A stretch of 64,000 nucleotides of DNA from Felis catus (Eukaryota). The stretch spans positions 116,190,001-116,254,000 of the forward strand of contig NC_058373.1 of the NCBI RefSeq assembly GCF_018350175.1, given 5' to 3'. A program made the translations under genes and the position numbers. This document shows positions 54,561-64,000 of the stretch, in pieces. The notes beneath the pieces are model-generated. The model made no database searches. It saw nothing but the letters and a program-made list of their open reading frames with translations, and was not told where the DNA came from. Numbering within the stretch: the first letter of the stretch is position 1; each line of letters opens with the position of its first letter.

Positions 54561-55018
54561 GGGATGAGGTGGCTCACCAGAAGAATTTTGGGTTGTTTTT
54601 TGGTGTTATTGTTAACCAGATGATTGAACTAGATGGTGGATGGCAGGATGGTTTATATCTACTATAATTCTAGCTAATACTAGAACTTTCATCCCTGATA
54701 ATAATAACTTAAAAGTTTATCGAGTGTTTCCTCTGTATGTACCAAGTAGAATGAGTAAAAAACTTTGGGCAAAAAATAGGATTATGGTAACTTTTAGGCC
54801 TGAGTTCTAAAAGTTATGTTCCTAAGGAACCTTATTATAAAACTTTCTAAGTTTTTTGAAATTTGGTGTGATGTTTTTTCCTAATTTGGGAATCCTCTTG
54901 TCTTTAAGTACCGTATGTAGACTTCTTCAGTTCTTTGAACTTAGTACTTTTCTCTCTTGTCTAATACCTGTTTTACCACATCACATCATTGTATTTTTAT
55001 TTACTTATTAAAAAAAAC

Positions 55019-55227
55019 TTTTTTAATGTTTATTTATTTTTGAGAGACTCAGTGACAGAGTGAGAGCAGGGGAGGGGCAGAGAGAGAGGGAGACACAGAA
55101 GTTGAAGCAAGCTCCAGGCCCTGGGCTATCAGCCCAGAGCCCGACACGGGGCTTGAACCCACAAACTGTGAGATCATGACCTGAGCCGAAGTCAGATGCT
55201 TAACTGACTGAGCCACCCAGGTGCCCC
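55019..55227 (-). mobile_element. CAN-SINE
   Basis: Consensus. Confidence 0.88.
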
Positions 55228-55732
55228 ATCGTTTTACTTTTTAAACTTAAGCCTTCTAACTCTATACAAAACTTAAAATCTTAGCTTTCTACTTCTGTAA
55301 AACAAGTTAGTATTGCAGTTAAATGCTGTTAACTTAAAAACTACAGATAGAGGTAGTTTGACAAGGCTGACTGTTCTTTTGCGTGTTGATCAGTGTCTTG
55401 CAGCTCAGTGAGACTGTGCTCTTAGAGATTGGTCGTCTAAGATGTGATTACTTTCTGGGTTTGCCATGGCCGGTTTCTCCTTGCTCTTGGGGAGCAAAAG
55501 GCAAATCGTGTCTTTGCTAGAGTGGTTTTATGGCACATGTCATAAAATACGTGCTATATTTAGTGTCTATAATTGTCATTAAGGCTGCTTTCTAATATTG
55601 GATTGGGTGAGAGTTTTAAAGATTTTCAAGTAGTGATGTGGTTATAAAATAGTTCAGACTATAAGACTTAGGAGTGAAGAATGATCTTTTTTTAAATTGC
55701 TATATTCTCTGTTAGAAATTAGTATATTTTAG

Positions 55733-56059
<327 letters not shown>

Positions 56060-56117
56060 TAATATCTTTTGTTAGTATTCTTATTTTTAACTGAATTTTC
56101 ACATTAATCAAGTCCAT

Positions 56118-56204
56118 TTTTGCTGAGCATGCAGCATGCTCAGCAAAACTACTTAGGCAACTACCGTTGCCTGCAGTAGTTTTGATCACAACAGTTGTGC
56201 TGAG
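56118..56204. repeat. Cluster of short inverted repeats downstream of exon 3
   Basis: 15-bp perfect arms 56118-32/56134-48; further stems 56144-84 and 56187-99. Confidence 0.85.
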
Positions 56205-56360
56205 TGCCCTTCGGAAAATCAGGTCCTGGCTTTCACGGTCTCATTTACCTTCACTTTTTTTTTTTTTTTTTTTTTTTTGTATCGGAAGGGTATAGATGTC
56301 TGGGGCTATTCCTAGCTTAAACATGGCAAAAAAAAAAAAAAATTAAATTTTTAAAAATCT

Positions 56361-56463
56361 ACACTTATTGTGGTGAGCACTGAGTAACGTGTAGAATTGT
56401 TGAATCAATGTGTCAATACACCTGAAAGAGATAGAATGTATGTTGATTATACTTAATAAAAAA
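56361..56463 (+). mobile_element. Short L1 3' tip
   Basis: gtggtgagcactgagtaa...acacctgaaa...aataaaaaaa; aaaatct flanks. Confidence 0.65.
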
Positions 56464-59007
56464 ACTTTCTCAAAATCTTGCTGTTCAAGGTGTTAGTGAT
56501 AGAGTGAGATGTAGAGTACAGATCTGCTTTTGCCAGTTTTAATGTCTTTCCATTCTGTAACTTTTAACTTAAAATAGTAACTCTGAAAGTATGCTCTCAA
56601 AGGGTGACTGATGCCTGCTGTACTGTCATTGTGTGTAACCCCGGCCGGGTCTTTGCTGCTGCGTTTCTCTCTTTCATCCTAAACATCTCCCACACTAATC
56701 CAAGTCCTACTTATTCCTGCCTGCCCTCTCAGCAGACGAGCCTGCTAGCTAGAGTAACACTGCATAAGCATAAGAGGGGAAACTTAGCCAGAAGCTTCGA
56801 AGTCTTGTCATAGTAGAACTTTAGATAACTATGGGTTGTAGTAGGTTATTATTTTATGTCAGCCTTTTCATTATGGAGAAGAGGAGACCATGGGTTTGTA
56901 TTAGGGTCTAGATCTCACTTCTTGATTTTCACCTCAGTCTTTCTGCTGTTCTACTACTCTACTTGTGGGTTGAAATCACTCTTCCTCCTTTCTGCTCCAC
57001 AGACTTAGGTTTTTGTTTTGTTTGTTTGTTTGTTTGTTTGTTTGTTTTAACTTCCTGGCCTAACTCTAACTTTTGTTAGAGCCATCCCCTGTTTCTCAAG
57101 ATTTTCAGAGACCTTGTGGTATTGCCTCTCTCTCTTGCATATGGAGCACTTACTGAGGTATTTATTTAGCACTTGGGATTTGGTATGTGATCATATGTGG
57201 CAGTCTGTAAGCCTCTACAGAGCAGACTGTCTTCTTTCCTCCCCTGGCTAATCGACCGCCTTGTGCAGAGGTGCTAATTATCTTTATCTACATAGATAGT
57301 AGAACTTTAGAGGTAGAATCAGACCTGGTTCTTCATTTAAGAAAGGAACAAGTAGCAGACCTAATTATCCTGACTGCCCCACAGTATTCTGCTGTTCCAC
57401 ATTGTTTAACCCTACATTATCTCAGAACAGTATTAGGAAAAACACCATGTTCTGTGAATCAAAAAAATCTTGAATAGGGTCTTGTATAGAAGATTTGCCT
57501 CTATTTGAATTGTATTTCATCATTTAAACTTCCAAGTGGGTGAATTTTTGGTTGCAGTTTTAGTTGTGATTGAATGTAGTGTAGTATTGAATTCTTTCCA
57601 TAACAAGCAGATGGGAAATGTCAGAGTTAAACACACACACAGAACATTATGGAAAAGGACTGTGACATTTTAATTAGGTTCATACCTTTCAAGTTTCGGT
57701 TTTTACAATACCAGTTTTAAAGAAAAACGTTGCTATCCTTAACCCTCTTTTGGTTAGCCTGGCTTTCTGTGTCTCTTTACGAAATGAAATGACTTAGCCC
57801 TTAAATATGGCTGCATGTTTTCTATGCTTAACTAACTCTGGCCTTTGTTCATACTAACACGTGTTGGCAATGTAAGATTACTAGGGAGTGAGCCTGTGTT
57901 TTCCCCACAATCTTTTGGAGAGCCAAACTTTTTATCATTTTTTTCAGCAGGACAGTTGAAAGGGTGCAGCCGTCTTCAGTAACTCTACCATGTTTTATGC
58001 AGGGACTCCCATCCTGAGTGTTATTAAAGCTTGTCTGCACACAAATGCATGGCATGCCTGATTTGGTTTTCCTTACAATATTAACTCTTGAATAAAAATT
58101 GGCAAATATTGGAAGTTATTGTGCTACATGGATTTTGGTGTTTTAGTATTATCCTAACAAAAGGAATGGTTGGCATAATTATTTTTACCGCCTTTTTGTA
58201 TACTGGTAGCCATATTACCAGAAGACATACTATATTTCTTGTACATATTTTATTATGTAGCATTTATTACACCTGATCTTAGTTATTTGTGTGAATGTCC
58301 TCAGTACTAGGTAGTGAACTGGAGCGTAGTGGCTCTGTCTCAGTTGTTATTATCATTGTTTCCTTCTTGCCACGTCTATCTTTGTCTCCCTTCCATCATC
58401 TACCCTCTGTTTCCCTTCCCTTTCTTTTTTCTTGTTTTTTTTACTGCTCCCTACCTCCCTCTCCCTCTCTTTCCTTTTGTCACTGGTCTTCCTTCATATA
58501 TTTTAGTGCCAGATACCTTTCAAGTCAGTTTACTTGAATGGAGTGGGGGGGGGGGGGTCTTACCCTCAGAGACTTGACAGTTTCGTAGTAGATTTGCCAT
58601 AAATAACCAAAGTCAGAAACATGACATATGTTACCAAGGAAATACAAATATAAGATACAAAGTAATAATTGTCATAGGAATGGTACAGAAAAGGGGATAA
58701 TGATTTTAGAGGAGAAAATAATTTGTTTCCAGCTAGAAGAAGGGGCAAAGTGCACGGAGGAGGTGGCCTTGCCTGATTGTTCTTTAATTGGAAGAAAATT
58801 TTTTCTCAGACACCCATAATCCTTCCTGACCTTTCCTATGGCACTTACAAAAGAGAAGAAACAACTGGACCCTTTTGGTTTGTGCAGACTACTTTTTTTC
58901 CCTTAAATTTTTCATTTTCTAAATGTGTTCATTTTTACAAAAATAGCTAGTGAGGGAAAGCAAACAGAAGAAAATAAAAATCATCCATAATGTCATAATC
59001 AAAAACC

Positions 59008-59994
59008 ATTTTTATTTTTTTTTATTTTTTTTTCAATGTTTATTTATTTTTTGAGACAGAGAGAGACAGAGCACGAATGGGGGAGGGTCAGAGAGAGAGG
59101 GAGACACAGAATCAGAAATAGGCTCCAGGCTCTGAGCCATCAGCCCAGAGCCCGACGCGGGGCTCGACCTCACGGACCGCAAGATCGTGACCTGGTTGAA
59201 GTCGACGCTTAACCGACTGCGCCACCCAGGCGCCCCCAAAAACCATTTTTAAAAAAGGTGGGATTATAGTATGCATGCTGTTTGGAACTTGATTTTCTTT
59301 ATTGACTGTATCATGAATATTAATGTCATTGTTCTTCTACAGTGACATTTTGGGGAATGCATTCTCCTATTTGGATGTACTGTAGTTCATTTTCTCAATC
59401 CCCTGTTTCATATGTAAATAGTCCCAATTCTTATATTTTGGGGGGATAAATTTAAATAATGCAGGAAAACATGAAGAATAAAATATAATCATCCATTCTG
59501 TCCATTAAGCCAGCAAGTAATAGAACTCACCTAGTTAAGTGACTTAAATAAGAGTTTATGTTTGTCATCCAGGTATGGAGGGGGCTGTGTGGCATTTGTT
59601 CAGCTCAGTAATGTTAGGACTTGGGCTGGCTTTTCCCTCAGAGTTGCAGAATGAGCACAGCAGCTTTAGTTATGACCCTGCTGGAAAGTAAGAAGCAGGG
59701 GGCACTGTGCGCAGAGTTGTCCTCGATTGTCTCCTCAGACACGCAGAGATCTTTCCCTGAAGCCCTCCCGCAGACTCTTGCCTGTGTTCATTGACCAGGA
59801 ACCAAGGCGTACCCCTAGACTGGAGACTGGGCCCCCTTCTCAGACATCAAAAGATAGATACTCAGCATCTGAGCAAAGTGGGAATCTTGTTAAGAAAACA
59901 AAAGGGAACACTTCTGTGGTTGTGACCAAATGACTACCATAATCATATTCAAGTTTTGTTTTTTTTAATAGAGGTGATGTGAACCTTGACTTGG

Positions 59995-60027
<33 letters not shown>

Positions 60028-60189
60028 AGAGAGAGAGAGAGCGAGAGAGCGAGAGAGCATGTGCGTGAGTGGGAGAGAGGGACGGGGAAGAGAGAATCCT
60101 AAGCAGCCTCCTGACATGGGGCTGGGATCATGATCTGAGCCAAAATCAAGAGTTGGATGCTCAAGGTGACTGAGCCACCAGGTGCCCCC
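59008..60189 (-). mobile_element. Young SINEC_Fc (59008-59237, caaaaaccattttt TSD), MLT1-like remnant (about 59500-59930) and CAN-SINE (59996-60189)
   Basis: SINE consensus clear; MLT1 call weak. Confidence 0.8.
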
Positions 60190-61541
60190 AAAAGTTTTTT
60201 TTTAAGTTTAAATTTGTAGAAGGGTGTGCATAAAGTGGGGTTTTTGTTTATTACTTGTTTTTCTATCTAGGGAATAATGTGTTTGTTATTCTAGTTGAAA
60301 ATAACATACGAATTCTATAACTTATCTAGCCGGTGTGGTAAGAATGAAACTTTGTTTTGCAGTAGAATGCTTTTACATCTTTTTCTAACTGCAGAGCTTT
60401 TTATGGCTAATTGAAAACAAAGATAAGGAAAAATCAGGAGACTCAAGCTTAATAAATTGTTTAAAAATGTTGCAAAACTTATTTTTTTTTATTGGCCACA
60501 TCAAGAATTAGTAGTTCTAACCTGTTTGTATTTGCTTTTTTTTTTTTACTTACTTTTTCACTGACATATAACTATTATGCAGCATAGTATACACTTCTTA
60601 AGTGTACAGGACAGTGGGTTTTTACATACGTATACACCATTTAATTGCCATCCTCATGCCTTTCAAACTCAATATTGACTTACATTTTGAGCAAATTTCT
60701 TATTTTATACGCCTAGTCGGTTGATTCATTGAAAGGAAGGATTTGGTAAAATGCAAAGTATTATATGAATATTCTTAATTTTATTCTAAAATATTAAATT
60801 TGCTTGACTATGTTCTTTTAATATCTCTTAAAAACAGGTTATAGAAAGTTGCTAGGACTTGCGGATTTAGTAACTGTCATGTTGTTATGTTTGGTTTCCC
60901 TAATGTGTTTATGGAATTTTTGGTATTTGTTTATATGATTTTTATGGTAGTGTAATGAATGATGACTGAGATTTTAGAGGAGTGTTCTATCATCTGGAAT
61001 ATAAGCGTTAAAAACTCAATAGATTTTAGTTTTCTGTTTATAACTAGTGCTAAAAAGTCATTTTTCATGGATTCCTTAGTTTTTTTCTTTTTAAAGATGT
61101 TAGTAGCAGTCTACAAAGAAGTACTACTTACTTTTTGTCTAGCACTCAGGAAACTTCATATTGATACACTAACAAGTTGACAAGATTTACGTTGCTCTTT
61201 GTAGCATATGTGAATGCTTTGTCCAGAACCTTCCTTTTATATACCCTGATAAGGGCGTTTGTTTCAGGTAGACTCAACACCCAGTTTTGCTTTTGTTTAT
61301 AATATGAACATGTCATGATGAGATATAAAAAATGGTAGTAATTGTATGACATAGATTGCTTGATGTTGGAGGCATCCTGCTCTGTGGGTCCATCAATTCT
61401 AAGCATGCAGAGGGAGTCAATCAGTGCCCTGGCACATCTGTAATATATATGCAGAATGTGCTACAACAAACAGGTTATGTGGCTCTGATAGAACATGCCC
61501 AAAGGGGATCTTTTAATATTGATAAAGTAACTGATAGCATG

Positions 61542-61772
61542 TTTTTTTTTTTTTTAATTTTTTTTCAACGTTTTTTATTTATTTTTGGGACAGAGAGAGA
61601 CAGAGCATGAACCGGGGGAGGGGCAGAGAGAGAGGGAGACACAGAATCGGAAACAGGCTCCAGGCTCCGAGCCATCAGCCCAGAGCCTGACGCGGGGCTC
61701 GAACTCACGGACCGTGAGATCGTGACCTGGCTGAAGTCGGACGCTTAACCGACTGCGCCACCCAGGCGCCCC
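61542..61772 (-). mobile_element. Young SINEC_Fc about 100 bp upstream of exon 4
   Basis: Intact CpGs; tgatagcatgtttt TSD (61532-45, 61774-87). Confidence 0.92.
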
Positions 61773-61874
61773 GTGATAGCATGTTTTAATAATATGAAAG
61801 TTTTACTTGATAATTTGCTAGTCTATATTGATAATGATATATAGCATTTTAATTAGTTTTAATATCATTTTCAG

Positions 61875-61920
61875 ATTGGATCTGGTTCCTCTCGTCTTGG
61901 AACAGCAGCAACTATTAAAG
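61875..61920 (+). CDS. PCNX1: PCNX1 coding exon 4 (46 nt, IGSGSSRLGTAATIK-G)
   Basis: ttttcag acceptor; AAG|GTAGAC donor; open in phase 0 after exon 3 and joins exon 5 in frame. Confidence 0.9.
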
Positions 61921-62454
61921 GTAGACATTATCTAAGTTGAAAGTTGCCTGTGACTTTCCATTTCATTTTTGGATGTAGTAAAGATAACAGTACTGTGTAT
62001 TCACATGTCATGAAAAATCATTCTTGAAATTATTTTGTAGATACAGTTATGTATCTTGTATTAAAGGTTACTTGATTTAAATTTGGTTCTCCTTTCATCA
62101 TCCAAATCTCACAAACATATTTGAACATTTGCATTACATTGCATGAATTGTAAGTTTTGCTCTATAAGAAACTTCCTTGCCTTGAAGGACAATACTTTCA
62201 TGGGTTTTGGTGAGGTGTGGAAAACTAAGTAATTTTATGTGAAACCTTTAAATTGGGCACAAATGAGGCAGTAAAAAAGAGGGAGAGTCTTTTATATATA
62301 CCTATTACATACCTCTATTTCAGGTAAATTCATATTTTTTCCCTATACTTTTTTAGGGGACTTTTTATAATTATCTCTGGGGAGGAAATTTATATTGTTT
62401 CAAGTTGTTATTACAAACTTTACATTTCTTTTAGAAAATTGCTTCTTTTTATTT

Positions 62455-62671
62455 AAAAAAAAATTTTTTTAACGTTTATTTATTTTTGAGACAGAGAGAG
62501 ACAGAGCATGAATGGGGGAGGGTCAGAGAGAGGGAGACACAGAATCTGAAACAGGCTCCAGGCTCTGAGCAGTCAGCACAGAGCCTGACGTGGGGCTCGA
62601 ACTCACAGACCGCGAGATCATGACCTGAGCCGAAGTCGGACGCCCAACCAACTGAGCCACCCAGGCGCCCC
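62455..62671 (-). mobile_element. Young CAN-SINE in intron 4
   Basis: gaaaattgcttcttttt TSD. Confidence 0.92.
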
Positions 62672-62876
62672 GAAAATTGCTTCTTTTTAAAGGAAGTTTT
62701 ATTAGCAGTGTGAAGGTTTCCTTATTACTTGCCTTATAGTGCTGTGAGAATAAAGATGTGGTTTGATAGTCTGTGATGCTTCCTGTTCAGTGATCTTCCA
62801 TTATTGTAACCCATACAAACAAAAACTGCTCTAGTAGCTATCGTGTACTGGTACAGTACATAGGAAATTAGCGTAG

Positions 62877-63116
<240 letters not shown>

Positions 63117-63356
63117 TGATTGATACTAGTATGATTCCATACTAACAGTATGGAAGCCACATAAGGGTAGAATTTTTTGTCTGTTCACTGATTTATTTAC
63201 GGTACTTAGAATGGTACTCAGAACATGTAATAAGTTTATAACAAATTAATATATTTTGAAGAAGAATTAAAATAAAATTCTTAACTTGAATAATAGTAAA
63301 ACAGTGCTGTAAGTACTTTTATTTTTTTAATTTTTGTAAAGGTTTTTTAAAAAAAT

Positions 63357-63414
63357 CATTTATTTTTTGAGAGAACAAGTGCGCATGCATGCACTGGGGA
63401 CAGGCAGAGAGAGA

Positions 63415-63459
<45 letters not shown>

Positions 63460-63601
63460 AGAGAGAGAATCCTAAGCAGGTTCTACACAGCGCAGAGCTC
63501 GATGAAGGCTCAAACTCATGAACTGTGAGATCATGACCTGGATGCATAATAGACCAAGATCAAGAGTTGGACACATAACCGACTGAGCCACCCAGGCACC
63601 C
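63357..63601 (-). mobile_element. CAN-SINE with (GA)n expansion
   Basis: Consensus; taagtactttt TSD. Confidence 0.85.
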
Positions 63602-64000
63602 GTATAAGTACTTTTTGCTTTCTGGAATTCCCTGACCCGTGTTCTGCCAAGTAGACATGGAGAGAAAACTTTCCTGAGCATGTGCCCTGGAGTGAGTATG
63701 AGATGGGAGATAATCTGCTAGTCTAGTGGGTCAGAGCTTCTTGCCTGGTTTAGTGACCTACTTGTGAAACTGTTGTTTTCCATCTAGTGTGACCCCTAAA
63801 TGTCAATTGCTTCAGGTCTTGCCTAACAGTATGTTTTGGTAGAGAAATAATTTGCTGTTGGACTTACAGAGAAACTATGTCTGCCTCCAACATGGTGCCT
63901 CCTGTAGCAGATTTTTAATAGAAATTTGGGGTTTAAGTGATTTCTCCCTGCCTTTGTTCAATTTCATTATAAATGAGTATTTCGGATTTAATGGAGTTTT

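Overview
Mammalian genomic DNA from a felid (about 55 CAN-SINE copies by my count, including the young cat-type SINEC_Fc and a cat-type L1 3' end). The window holds the CpG-island promoter and the first five coding exons of PCNX1 (pecanex 1) on the + strand: 6156-6308, 44804-45012, 55828-55933, 61875-61920 and 62959-63048. These 604 coding nt splice in frame through GT-AG introns, and the gene continues past the window end. The rest is intronic or intergenic DNA rich in SINEs, L1/L2/MIR remnants, an LTR and DNA-transposon MITEs. I found no new gene system, and nearly all other ORFs in the track are repeat-derived or GC-rich noise. The best leads are regulatory or structural: (1) a strong-Kozak 59-codon uORF in frame with PCNX1 and separated from it by a single TAG; (2) a sharp SINE orientation switch across exon 2 that predicts back-splicing, with an exon 2-3 circle that would be a stop-free ORF; (3) a dense cluster of hairpins just downstream of exon 3; (4) a locally templated insertion inside a SINE; (5) a candidate poison exon in intron 1. 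Repeat family names come from recalled consensus motifs, and repeat boundaries are approximate.
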